A DNA stretch of 64,000 bases from Candidatus Carthagonibacter metallireducens (GTDB lineage Bacteria > Gemmatimonadota > Gemmatimonadetes > Palauibacterales > Palauibacteraceae), in NCBI GenBank assembly GCA_023554445.1, contig JAMJQQ010000026.1, forward strand, positions 5,549 to 69,548, given 5' to 3'. The notes beneath the pieces are model-generated. The model was not told where the DNA came from, did not search any database, and saw only the letters and a list, made by a program, of their open reading frames with translations. Positions within the stretch are counted from its first letter, which is position 1. Each line of letters begins with the position of its first letter. Of the stretch, positions 55,781-64,000 are shown one piece after another. The position numbers were made by a program, and so were the translations under genes.

Positions 55781-57238
55781 TCAGAGCTGCTTGACCTCCT
55801 CGAGAATACGGCCGATCGAATCTCCCGCGTCTCCGAACAACATCATGGTATTGCGCAGGTAGAACAGCTCGTTGTCGAGACCGGCGAAGCCGGGATTTAG
55901 GCTGCGCTTCATCACGACACAGTGCTTTGCCCGGTCGACCTCGATGATCGGCATCCCGTAGAGGTCGCTGTTCGGGTCATCCCGAGCAGCCGGATTGACA
56001 ACGTCGTTCGCGCCTACCACGAGACAGGCGTCGACGTTTGCCATGTCGGGGTTCACGTCCTCCGGCTCGTAGAGCTGGTTGTACGGGACGTTGGCCTCGG
56101 CCAGCAGCACGTTCATGTGACCCGGCATACGGCCGGCCACGGGATGCACCACGTACTTCACGTTCACGCCGCGGCTCTCGAGGTTGTCGCAGAGCTCGCG
56201 GAGCTTGTGCTGGGCCTGGGCGACGGCGAGGCCGTAGCCAGGCACGATCACGACCTGCTTCGCGTAGGCCAGCAGCATGGCCACGTCGTCCGCCTGCACG
56301 TCGTTCACGTCGGCCATCGTGCGCTTCTCGCCCTTGGCGACCGGACCCTTGCCGGCCACCTCGCCGAACGACCCGAAGATCACGTTGGCGAGAGAGCGAT
56401 TCATTGCCTTGCACATGATCCGCGTCAGGATCAGGCCCGAAGCTCCGACGAGCGCACCGGAGATGATCAGCACGTTGTTGTTGAGAACGAAGCCGGCAGC
56501 CGACGCCGCGAGCCCCGAATAGGAGTTCAGCAACGAAACGACGACCGGCATGTCCGCGCCGCCGATCGGAATCACGAGGAGGATCCCCAGGATCATGGCG
56601 GCGATCCAGAGTCCCCAGTACCAGAGGTTGATGCTGGACGGATCCGCCCCCGCGATCGCGCCGGGAGTCGAGATGATCAGCCAGCCCATCAGGGCGAGGA
56701 TTCCCAGGAACAGGCCTGCATTGAGCACCTGCTGACCCGGGAACTTCACCGCCTTCTCTGTGACGATTCCCTGCAGCTTGCCGAACGCGACCAGACTACC
56801 GGAGAACGTGACCGCACCGATGAGAGTGCCGATCATGATCGAAAGCGAGGAGTCCAGCGGAACCTCGGACACGGCCACGCCGCTCTCGACGACCTTGCCG
56901 TGCGTGTAACGGAGGTACTCGGCGGCCGCCACCAGGCCGGAGGCCAGGCCACCGAAACCGTTGAACAGTCCCACCATCTGCGGCATCGCGGTCATCTTGA
57001 CGAGACGGGCCATCAGGCCGCCGACCAGACCGCCGATCAGCAATCCGCCGATGATCCACTGCCAGGTGACGATCCCGCCGCCGACCAGCGTGGCAACGAT
57101 GGCGACGAGCATTCCAATGGCCGCGAGCTGGTTGCCGCCGCGGGCGGTATCGGGGTGACTGAGGCGTTTGAGCCCCAGGATGAACAGCACCGCCGAGAGC
57201 AGGTAGGCGAGCTGCATCATGATCAGTCTTGTATCCAT
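55781..57238 (-). CDS. pntB: NAD(P) transhydrogenase subunit beta
   Basis: Multi-TM N-terminal part plus the dIII NADP(H) domain (VIVPGYGLAVAQAQ, HPVAGRMPGHMNVLLAEA, GANDVVNPAA). Confidence 0.93.
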   Translation of the reverse strand: MDTRLIMMQLAYLLSAVLFILGLKRLSHPDTARGGNQLAAIGMLVAIVATLVGGGIVTWQWIIGGLLIGGLVGGLMARLVKMTAMPQMVGLFNGFGGLASGLVAAAEYLRYTHGKVVESGVAVSEVPLDSSLSIMIGTLIGAVTFSGSLVAFGKLQGIVTEKAVKFPGQQVLNAGLFLGILALMGWLIISTPGAIAGADPSSINLWYWGLWIAAMILGILLVIPIGGADMPVVVSLLNSYSGLAASAAGFVLNNNVLIISGALVGASGLILTRIMCKAMNRSLANVIFGSFGEVAGKGPVAKGEKRTMADVNDVQADDVAMLLAYAKQVVIVPGYGLAVAQAQHKLRELCDNLESRGVNVKYVVHPVAGRMPGHMNVLLAEANVPYNQLYEPEDVNPDMANVDACLVVGANDVVNPAARDDPNSDLYGMPIIEVDRAKHCVVMKRSLNPGFAGLDNELFYLRNTMMLFGDAGDSIGRILEEVKQL

Positions 57239-57257
57239 CACTCTGCCTCGGGGTTCG

Positions 57258-57560
57258 CTAGTTCGTGTCGGTGTCCCGCCGGAACATCTGCAGCATCCGG
57301 TCGGTGACCATGAATCCGCCCACCACGTTGATCGTCGCAGCGACTACGGCGACCATTCCGATGACGTCGAACAGCACGCCCTCGCCCATGCCGGCGATCA
57401 CCAGCGCACCGACGATGGAGATTCCCGAGATGGCGTTAGAGCCCGACATCAGGGGAGTGTGCAGTGTCGGAGGGACTTTCGTGATGACCTCGAATCCGAT
57501 GAACATCGCCAGCACGAAGATGATCACGTTGACCAGAATGTCGGGCATCGTGGCAATCAT
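57258..57560 (-). CDS. pntAB: NAD(P) transhydrogenase subunit alpha part 2
   Basis: Small 3-4 TM protein with HTPLMSGSNAISGI. ATGA overlap with pntAA. Confidence 0.85.
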   Translation of the reverse strand: MIATMPDILVNVIIFVLAMFIGFEVITKVPPTLHTPLMSGSNAISGISIVGALVIAGMGEGVLFDVIGMVAVVAATINVVGGFMVTDRMLQMFRRDTDTN

Positions 57561-58684
57561 GACTCGTACCTCACCGTTCCGTCGTGCGTCACTACGCACG
57601 CTCCCGTGATGTCGTTCTCCAGATCGATGACGAGTTGCCCCTCATCGTCGACCAGGTAGTTGAGCAGATTGGAGAGCACCTTCCCGTACATCTGCGACCC
57701 GTGAAGGGGAACGGCCGCCGCGAGATCCTGCGGACCCATCACCAGCACCCCGTTCCGGACGACCGTCTCACCGGGTTCGGTCAACTCGCAGTTTCCACCT
57801 GCCGGGGCGGCGAGGTCGACGATCACCGAACCGGGGCGCATGCCCTCGACCATGTCCGCGGTGATCAGAACCGGCGCCTTGCGACCGGGAACCAGGGCGG
57901 TCGTGATCACGACATCGGATTTCGCGATGTGCTCGGCGAGAAGCTGCCGTTCGTGCTCCTGCTCCTCCTCCGACACTTCCTTGGCGTATCCGCCCTCCGT
58001 CTCCGTATCCTCGCTGCCCTGCCACTCGACGAAGTTCGCGCCCAGACTCTGGACCTGTTCCTTGGCAGCCGGCCGAATGTCGAACGCTTCGACGACCGCG
58101 CCGAGTCTCCGCGCCGTCGCGATCGCCTGCAGGCCGGCGACGCCGGCGCCGATGATGAACACGTTGGCCGGCGCGATCGTGCCGGCGGCCGTCGTGAGCA
58201 TGGGGAAGAACTTGCTGCTCGCAGCCGCGCCCCGAAGCACCGCGTTGTAGCCTGCAACCGTGCTGAAGGCGGACAGGGAATCCATCCGCTGGGCCAGCGT
58301 CGTGCGCGGCATGAGTTCCATGGAGAACGATGTGACGCCGCGCTCGGCGAGACGCTCCAGGGTCTCCGCGTTCGCGTGCGGCTGGAGTTGTCCGATGAGC
58401 AGTGCTCCCGATGGGATCAGCTCGACTTCGTCCGTGCCGTCGTCCCGTTTGACCGGACCGTTGACCTTCACGACGACGTCCGCTCCGTCGAACAGCTGCT
58501 TCGGGTCGGCGACGATTTCAGCGCCCGCCTCCCGATACTCTTCGTCCGAGTGCGAAGCGGCCAGGCCTGCGCCGCTTTCGACGACGAACTGCATCTCGTC
58601 GGAAGCCAACCGGCTGATCGCGGACGGTGACATGGCGACACGCCGCTCGCCGGGCGCGTGCTCCTTTGGAACCACGATTCGCAT
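57557..58684 (-). CDS. pntAA: NAD(P) transhydrogenase subunit alpha part 1 (AlaDH/PNT domain)
   Basis: MRIVVPKE..GERRVA start and Rossmann motif IIGAGVAGLQAIATARRLGA. Start chosen at MRIVVPKE. Confidence 0.9.
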   Translation of the reverse strand: MRIVVPKEHAPGERRVAMSPSAISRLASDEMQFVVESGAGLAASHSDEEYREAGAEIVADPKQLFDGADVVVKVNGPVKRDDGTDEVELIPSGALLIGQLQPHANAETLERLAERGVTSFSMELMPRTTLAQRMDSLSAFSTVAGYNAVLRGAAASSKFFPMLTTAAGTIAPANVFIIGAGVAGLQAIATARRLGAVVEAFDIRPAAKEQVQSLGANFVEWQGSEDTETEGGYAKEVSEEEQEHERQLLAEHIAKSDVVITTALVPGRKAPVLITADMVEGMRPGSVIVDLAAPAGGNCELTEPGETVVRNGVLVMGPQDLAAAVPLHGSQMYGKVLSNLLNYLVDDEGQLVIDLENDITGACVVTHDGTVRYES

Positions 58685-58765
58685 GGTGATCCGCTCTTGT
58701 GTATAGGGTTCGCTTTTGTCCGGCGGTTCGTTCCGGCCGGTGCGTGTCGGCAACTGACCTCTCGC

Positions 58766-58793
58766 TTGACACCGCCCCCGCCCCGAATAGCTT
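58766..58793 (+). promoter_or_regulatory. Candidate sigma70-type promoter TTGACA-N16-TAGCTT
   Basis: Perfect -35 hexamer at 58766-58771 and a -10-like TAGCTT at 58788-58793, about 30 nt upstream of the orphan terminator hairpin. Confidence 0.25.
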
Positions 58794-58819
58794 GACGCGG
58801 GTCGAAGACGGACGTTTCC

Positions 58820-58847
58820 GCGCTTCCCGATCCGGGAGGCGCTTTTT
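58820..58847 (+). terminator. Intrinsic-terminator-like hairpin plus T5 (orphan)
   Basis: GCGCTTCCCG-ATC-CGGGAGGCGC forms a 10-bp stem with one G.U pair, followed directly by TTTTT at 58843-58847. It is the only stem+T-run of this quality I found in the window. Confidence 0.45.
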
Positions 58848-59187
58848 CATATCCGTGTTCCGCATCGCCCGCGACGAAAGGTGCTGCAATGGCCGGCGAG
58901 CGTAAGCGAGAACCGTGCCGCTGTCCGTTGTTCGGACAGCCGCCGCGGCGTCGTCTCGCGGCATCCCACCGCGGGTCGTAAGGACCCCGAAATATCAACT
59001 CGTGCACATGTTTGCGGCGGAAGGAAACCAGTGATTCCGCATACCGGGATTGAGAAACGCGGTCCCATTTATCGAGGCCATGGGACACAGTAACCCTCCG
59101 CGGGACATCCTGACCATAGGGGCACGGGAGCCGCTGAAATTACGGGCCTGAGATCACAGTCAATCCGCGATGACCGGGAGGAGCGAG

Positions 59188-59796
59188 ATGTCGAGAATTC
59201 TGACCGTTTTCATGATTCTGGGGTTGAGCGCGCCCACCGCAGCCCCGGGCCAGGATGGGGGTTCTGAAGCCGGTGTGGTTTCAGTGGCGGAACAGATCGA
59301 AGGAGCTTTGCTCGCCGCCCCGGCCTCTCTGCGTTCGGACGCTGAAGTTCTCGGCTCGGGAGGCGATCAACGCGACGGGGACGTGCTGACCACACTGCGC
59401 GCCGGCACCAACGGTCTCATCTGCATCGCCGACGATCCGGAACGCGAGGGGTTCCACGCCGCATGCTATCACGAGTCGCTCGATCCGTACATGCGACTGG
59501 GTCGCCGGGGGCGTGACCGGGGCCTGGACCGGAGCGAGATCATGGAATCCCGCTACGAGGCTCTGCGCTCGGGAGCACTCTCCATGCCGGCCTCGGCGAC
59601 GCTCTTCTCGGTGAATGCGGAATCCCTGTCGGCGGCGAGACTCGACCCGCCGGCGGAAGGGCTCAGACGGCTCACCGTCGTGTATCTGCCCGGTGCAACG
59701 CTCGAGGGAACCGGACTTCCCGGACGGCCGGAAGATGGAATTCCGTGGCTGATGCTTCCGGACACTCCCTGGGCTCACATCATGATCTCACACTGA
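59188..59796 (+). CDS. Hypothetical secreted protein
   Basis: ATG 59188 follows GGGAGGAG. Signal peptide MSRILTVFMILGLSAPTAAPGQ. No domain recognised. Confidence 0.55.
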   Translation: MSRILTVFMILGLSAPTAAPGQDGGSEAGVVSVAEQIEGALLAAPASLRSDAEVLGSGGDQRDGDVLTTLRAGTNGLICIADDPEREGFHAACYHESLDPYMRLGRRGRDRGLDRSEIMESRYEALRSGALSMPASATLFSVNAESLSAARLDPPAEGLRRLTVVYLPGATLEGTGLPGRPEDGIPWLMLPDTPWAHIMISH

Positions 59797-59804
59797 GGAA
59801 GACC

Positions 59805-60545
59805 GTGCCGCAGCTCACACGACAGCAGATCGGTGGCACGCTCCTGACGGCCTTTCGCGGGGCGGGCCTGGGAGTCCGCGACCTGTTCGAAGGAAGGCAG
59901 GAGCCGGTCACCTGGTTCTTTCGCTGCCTGGCGTACGACCAGTCGGAGCTCGACATCCTCGAATCAGGCGCGCTCGACATTCTGCACGCTCCGTCGGCGC
60001 TGGTGGAGCTGGCGCTCGACGAGGTCGCGCTGGCCGGCGCCCTGATCGGACCCGGAGGCCTGGCGGCCTATCTGACCACCGAGGTTCCGGCGGAAGCGGA
60101 GGAGTCGTTCTCGCTCGAGATGGAGGAGCTGGAGCGGGAGCTGGGGCCCGGTGCCGACGATTCTGCCTTCGCCTTTCATCCGGACGTCATGCTGGGCAGC
60201 CTGGTGGTGGATGTGGCACCGCCCGCGCTCTGGCTGGAGGAGCGCGCCGCCGATCCGGAGGGGAACGAGCGACTCGCCCGACGGCTGGGAATCATGGCTC
60301 AGGAAGTGGGGCGCGAAGCCGACGCGGTCGAGGTGCACATCGAGGGGGCGCTGGATGCGTCGGAGGAAGGTTGGGCGGACAGCGCGGCACGCGTGCGCCC
60401 GGCAGGCGTGTCGGTTCACTTCGCCTTCGACATTCCGCTCGCGGAAGCCGACGAGCGCACCCTCGCCAAGGCGTTCGACTCGGGTGCAAGGACTTCGGCA
60501 CTGGCTCTGGAAGCGATCCGGCGGGTATTCGAGCGGCTGGGATGA
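59805..60545 (+). CDS. Hypothetical acidic cytoplasmic protein
   Basis: GTG 59805 follows GAGGAAG, 9 nt after the previous stop. Ala/Glu/Leu-rich. No domain recognised. Confidence 0.5.
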   Translation: MPQLTRQQIGGTLLTAFRGAGLGVRDLFEGRQEPVTWFFRCLAYDQSELDILESGALDILHAPSALVELALDEVALAGALIGPGGLAAYLTTEVPAEAEESFSLEMEELERELGPGADDSAFAFHPDVMLGSLVVDVAPPALWLEERAADPEGNERLARRLGIMAQEVGREADAVEVHIEGALDASEEGWADSAARVRPAGVSVHFAFDIPLAEADERTLAKAFDSGARTSALALEAIRRVFERLG

Positions 60546-60555
60546 GCGATCCCGT

Positions 60556-61677
60556 TCACCGGGATCTGGCGGCTCGCTGAACTTCCGGATCGTCGGTTCG
60601 GGCGTACGCAAAGAACAGCAGCTGGATCAGCGGGAACGCCAGTGCGGGCAGCCCCCACTGGTGAAGGGACCGAGCGACCTCCTTCGAGAAGAACAGCTCT
60701 CCCGTACCCGTCAGCAGCAACCACACCGCGAGCAATGCGATACGACTCGATCCGGGCAGTAGCAACGCGAGCCCCGGCCACAGCCACATCTGGTGGTGGA
60801 TCCAGCTCAGAGGTGCTGCCCAGAGGATGAATGGCACCAAGGCCAGCATGCCCAGCGCGAATCGATCACGGTCGAACGACCGCACGGTCGCGATCCAGAG
60901 CAGTCCGGAGAGGCTCGAACCGACGAACCAGAGCGGGATCGCCAGTCCGCCGAGGGTCTCGCGATTGCGGGCGACGAGACCGAACAGCGTCTGGTTGTCT
61001 TCCTTCGGAAGATTGTGGCCGTGCACCGGGTCGGTGAGCGTGTGCCACCAGTCGGCGTACGCTGCCGGCCCTCCCAGCAGCAGCGGTAGCAGGGAGAGAC
61101 CCGCCGCCACCGCCATGAATGCGACAAGTGTCCGCCTTCGCGAGTCCATCGCCGGCAGGAGGATGAAGGGGCCCCAGAACGGCTTCAGCAGTACCATGAC
61201 GGCTGCAGCTCCGCCCGATGGGGCGGGACGTCCCGTAGAGACGACGATGGCCATCAGCCAGAGCAGGAGCAGGGTCACGTTTCCCAGCTTGAGCTGCCAT
61301 GCGAGGGCGGGAAGGACGAAGAGCAGTGCGAGGAACAGGGCCCCGTTCCCGAGTCCGAGCGAGGCTCGGAAGCGGCGTCCCGCATCCCAGATCCAGAAAC
61401 CGTTCAGCACCGCCCAGGAGACCTTCGCGATCGCCCAGGGAAGGAGAGCGAGCGGCGCGAAGAGCATCGCGAAGAGCGGGTGATACTTGAAAGGAGTCAG
61501 TTCAGACGGGCGGTAAACATCCGTCCATCCCCCCGCGAGGAAACGTTTTCCCGCCTGGTAGTAGACCCGGAAGTCATCCACGTACACGGCCGCCAGAGCG
61601 AGTGTGCACAGGAGAGCGACGAGGACGAGCCAGTCAGTACCTCGTGAAGCCGCCCGACTCTCGTCGGGGGGGTGCAC
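60556..61677 (-). CDS. GT87/DUF2029-family integral-membrane glycosyltransferase
   Basis: About 10 TM helices. N-terminal YVDDFRVYYQAGKRFLAGG...PFKYHPLFAMLFAPLALLP is typical of polyprenyl-phosphate-dependent GT87 mannosyltransferases. Confidence 0.7.
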   Translation of the reverse strand: MHPPDESRAASRGTDWLVLVALLCTLALAAVYVDDFRVYYQAGKRFLAGGWTDVYRPSELTPFKYHPLFAMLFAPLALLPWAIAKVSWAVLNGFWIWDAGRRFRASLGLGNGALFLALLFVLPALAWQLKLGNVTLLLLWLMAIVVSTGRPAPSGGAAAVMVLLKPFWGPFILLPAMDSRRRTLVAFMAVAAGLSLLPLLLGGPAAYADWWHTLTDPVHGHNLPKEDNQTLFGLVARNRETLGGLAIPLWFVGSSLSGLLWIATVRSFDRDRFALGMLALVPFILWAAPLSWIHHQMWLWPGLALLLPGSSRIALLAVWLLLTGTGELFFSKEVARSLHQWGLPALAFPLIQLLFFAYARTDDPEVQRAARSR

Positions 61678-61694
61678 ACCCGCTCGCGGTGTGC

Positions 61695-62393
61695 TCAGGG
61701 AGCCTCCACTCCGCGCAGGGCCAGAACGCTGTCGACCGCTGAACGGAAACGCTCCGTGGAGACCGCTCCCCGGATGGCGATGCTGTCTCCCACGACGAAG
61801 AAGGGTGTGCTCGTAATCCCGGATCGAACGGCCGAGTCGTAGTCCGCCACCTGCAGCGGAGCCGTTACGTCATTCCTCAGGCAGGCCTCGAAGCTCGTCT
61901 CATCCACGCCGATCTCTCCGGCCCAGCGCGTGAAAAGCTCGGTCATGTCCGGTGCTGCCGTCCATTCGGCACTTCGGTCGAACAGGAGATCGTGCATGGC
62001 CCAGAATCGTCCGGCCGCTCCGGCACAAAACGCCGCTTCCACGGCTGGCCAGGCCCTCGGGTGCGTGGAGTTCGGGAACGAGATCCACAGGTAGCGGGCG
62101 ATCCCCGTGCGCACGTAGAGGCTGTCGATCGTCGGCCAGCTCTCGGCATGAAACCGGGCGCAATACGGACACTGAAAATCCGAGATCTCCACGATCCGGA
62201 TCGGTGCCGTCGAATCGCCCTTCACCCGGGCACGGTCCGCCCGCTGGAGGACGACCTCCTGCTCGGAGGGCACGACCCGGGCCGCGTCCTGGGTCCGTGC
62301 GGATGCGGGTGTCAGCAGCGAGGTGCAGAGCAATAGAAGCGCGGCCCGGATAGTGACCCGGGCCGCGTACGTCGGAAGCGAAGCGCGGCTCAC
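61695..62393 (-). CDS. DsbA-family thiol:disulfide oxidoreductase
   Basis: Signal peptide. CxxC active site FQCPYCARFH. Thioredoxin fold. GTGA overlap with bcp. Confidence 0.85.
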   Translation of the reverse strand: MSRASLPTYAARVTIRAALLLLCTSLLTPASARTQDAARVVPSEQEVVLQRADRARVKGDSTAPIRIVEISDFQCPYCARFHAESWPTIDSLYVRTGIARYLWISFPNSTHPRAWPAVEAAFCAGAAGRFWAMHDLLFDRSAEWTAAPDMTELFTRWAGEIGVDETSFEACLRNDVTAPLQVADYDSAVRSGITSTPFFVVGDSIAIRGAVSTERFRSAVDSVLALRGVEAP

Positions 62394-62848
62394 GCGGAGA
62401 GGTCCGACGCGACCTGCCCTGCGTGCTCCGCCGGCTTCACCCTGGCGTAGACCTTTTCGATCCGGCCCTCCGGGTCGATCAGGAAGGTCGACCGGAGTAT
62501 TCCCTGATACTCACGCCCGTACATCTTCTTCGTTCCCCAGGCGCCGTACGCCTCGGCGACCTGGTGATCGGGATCGGACAGGAGCGGGAAGTTGAGATCG
62601 TACTTGTCTCGAAACTTCTCGTGTGAGGCCACTCCATCCGGACTCACGCCGATCACGGTGGCATTGCTTTCCTCGAGCGCAGCCAGATTGTCGCGAAATC
62701 CGCAGGCCTCCTTGGTGCAGCCGGAGGTGTCGTCCTTGGGGTAGAAGTAGAGCACGACCCTGCGGCCACGAAGGTCGGAGAGCTTGATCGTGTCTCCGCC
62801 GTAGGTCGCGAGTTCGAAGTCAGGGGCGATATCACCCTCGTTCAGCAT
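62390..62848 (-). CDS. bcp: Thiol peroxidase Bcp (peroxiredoxin)
   Basis: VVLYFYPKDDTSGCTKEACGFRD peroxidatic Cys motif. Confidence 0.9.
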   Translation of the reverse strand: MLNEGDIAPDFELATYGGDTIKLSDLRGRRVVLYFYPKDDTSGCTKEACGFRDNLAALEESNATVIGVSPDGVASHEKFRDKYDLNFPLLSDPDHQVAEAYGAWGTKKMYGREYQGILRSTFLIDPEGRIEKVYARVKPAEHAGQVASDLSA

Positions 62849-62870
62849 CGTTCACTCCCGGATCGGGGTA

Positions 62871-64000
62871 TCAGGTCTTAAGCGATTCCTGGACGGCAGC
62901 CAGCTCGGTCTCGGCCGCCTCGATGTCTTCGTCTCTCACCCACGCGCTGCCTACCGAGAGACGCAGCACAAACCGGCCCGAGAGTTCCGTATGCGAAAGA
63001 AACACCCGGCCACGGCGATTTACCTCTTCAAGCAGTCGGCGGTTCCAGCCGTTCCAGTCCGCCAGACTGGCGGATTCTCTGTGATCGACCGGCGGAACGG
63101 CCCTGAAGCACACCGTCGAGAAGCTCGGGGGAGCTGCAAGTTCGAATCGAGCTTCGGTCTCGACCCAATCCGCGAATCCACGTGCCAGCTCGATATGTCG
63201 TCGCAGCATTCCGCGCAGTTCCGCGGCGCCCTGTCGCCGGAACAGGAACCAGAGCTTGAGAGCTCGAAATCGCCGGCCGAGGGGTAGCCCGTAGTCCATC
63301 AAGTTCCGGGCTTCGACGTCGGTCTCCAGGTAGGCCGGAGTGGAGTTGAGCGACCGGCGCACGGCGTCTGCGTCGCGGTAGAGCAGGACGCTGCAGTCTA
63401 TGGGGGTGGTCAGCCACTTGTGGGGGTTGAGAACTATGCTGTCGGCCAGCTCCCACCCCTCGAACAGATGCTGAAGCTCCGAAAGTGCAGCGGCCGGACC
63501 GGCATATGCCGCGTCGACGTGCAGCCAGACCCCCTGTTCGGCGCAGATCCCGGCGATCTCGGCGACCGGATCGACGCTTGCCGTCGAGGTGGTGCCCAGC
63601 GTCGCGCAGACCATTATCGGGTTGTCGCCTGCCGCCCGGTCCTCCTCCAGAGTGCGCAGCAGTTTCGCAGGTTTCATCCGGAACCGGTCGTCGCTCGGGA
63701 CTCGTCTGATACCGTCGAGCCCGATTCCGGCCGCGATTGCGGCCTTGTCGATGGAGGAGTGCGCCTGATCGGACTGGTAGACGCGCAGCCGGCCGCCACC
63801 GTCAGGCTGGCGCAGCCCACGCTCGCGCGTACCGGGAATCGCGCGCTCCCGGGCGGCGAGTAGCGCCGTCAAGCTCGAGCTCGATGCGGTATCCTGCAGC
63901 ACTCCCTCGAAGACCGAAGGGAGCCCTACGAATTGACGGACCCAGTCCACCATCCGGGTCTCCAGCTCCGAAGCGGCAGGCGCCGTCTTCCACAGCATCG
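62871..64000 (-). CDS. Group II pyridoxal-dependent (aromatic-amino-acid-type) decarboxylase, C-terminal two thirds; the 5' end lies outside the window
   Basis: PLP-Lys motif VLNPHKWL and HVDAAYAGPAA. The frame is open to the window edge. Confidence 0.85.
   Translation of the reverse strand, partial: MLWKTAPAASELETRMVDWVRQFVGLPSVFEGVLQDTASSSSLTALLAARERAIPGTRERGLRQPDGGGRLRVYQSDQAHSSIDKAAIAAGIGLDGIRRVPSDDRFRMKPAKLLRTLEEDRAAGDNPIMVCATLGTTSTASVDPVAEIAGICAEQGVWLHVDAAYAGPAAALSELQHLFEGWELADSIVLNPHKWLTTPIDCSVLLYRDADAVRRSLNSTPAYLETDVEARNLMDYGLPLGRRFRALKLWFLFRRQGAAELRGMLRRHIELARGFADWVETEARFELAAPPSFSTVCFRAVPPVDHRESASLADWNGWNRRLLEEVNRRGRVFLSHTELSGRFVLRLSVGSAWVRDEDIEAAETELAAVQESLKT

Noticed and set aside
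58990-59165. Riboswitch-like strings: GGAAGGAAACCAGTGATTCC resembling a cobalamin-riboswitch core, and CCTGAGATCAC resembling the TPP CUGAGA box
   Set aside because: The other obligatory elements are absent: the B12 box / GCCACTG for cobalamin, and ACCC...CCTGATCTGGATAATGCCAGCG for TPP. The downstream gene has no link to either cofactor. The region is kept only as unexplained structured non-coding DNA.

Overview
This is a 64-kb, visibly GC-rich (strongly GC3-biased) chromosomal segment. It is almost fully coding, with about 57 protein genes. By eye I found no rRNA, tRNA, tmRNA, CRISPR array, transposase or integrase. Kdo synthesis, SurA, FtsEX-EnvC and BatA/DUF58 genes point to a diderm, LPS-making bacterium; a Gemmatimonadota-like origin is only a weak guess.

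Gene content, left to right:
- wecB 3' end, a sigma54 activator with a soluble histidine kinase, Usp, an SDR, guaB
- MltD-like lytic transglycosylase, a PHP protein, an NDP-sugar dehydrogenase, an SLT protein
- a roughly 14.6-kb co-directional, translationally coupled minus-strand string: DUF58, BatA/VWA, mfd, two SurA-like genes, pdxA, ftsE, ftsX, envC, holB, moaC
- M28 peptidase, ytxH, yihY, smpB, an amiC-type amidase, a TPR lipoprotein, pyrK-pyrD-pyrF
- the Kdo-related operon described below
- TPM, nucleotidyltransferase, LemA, CocE/NonD hydrolase
- two M14 peptidase paralogues, qor, an acyl-CoA dehydrogenase, egtB-egtD, a GT2, pntAA-AB-B
- two hypothetical proteins, a GT87, dsbA-like, bcp, and a partial PLP decarboxylase

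The most unusual locus is a five-gene minus-strand operon at 35.6-40.5 kb. It encodes a DegT-type aminotransferase, an Fe-ADH-family oxidoreductase, a metal-type KdsA, a transaldolase/FSA-CBS chimera and a KdsC-like phosphatase. It reads as a self-contained 8-amino-Kdo (Kdo8N)-type pathway. The usual arabinose-5-P isomerase (SIS+CBS) is replaced by an aldolase barrel fused to KdsD-type CBS domains.

Secondary oddities:
- an active M14 carboxypeptidase coupled to a paralogue that has lost all zinc ligands
- a roughly 500-bp non-coding region holding the only canonical hairpin+T5 terminator in the window, with no gene for it to terminate
- small repeated or palindromic motifs in a few promoter regions

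All function calls come from motif recognition in the supplied translations. No database search was possible.
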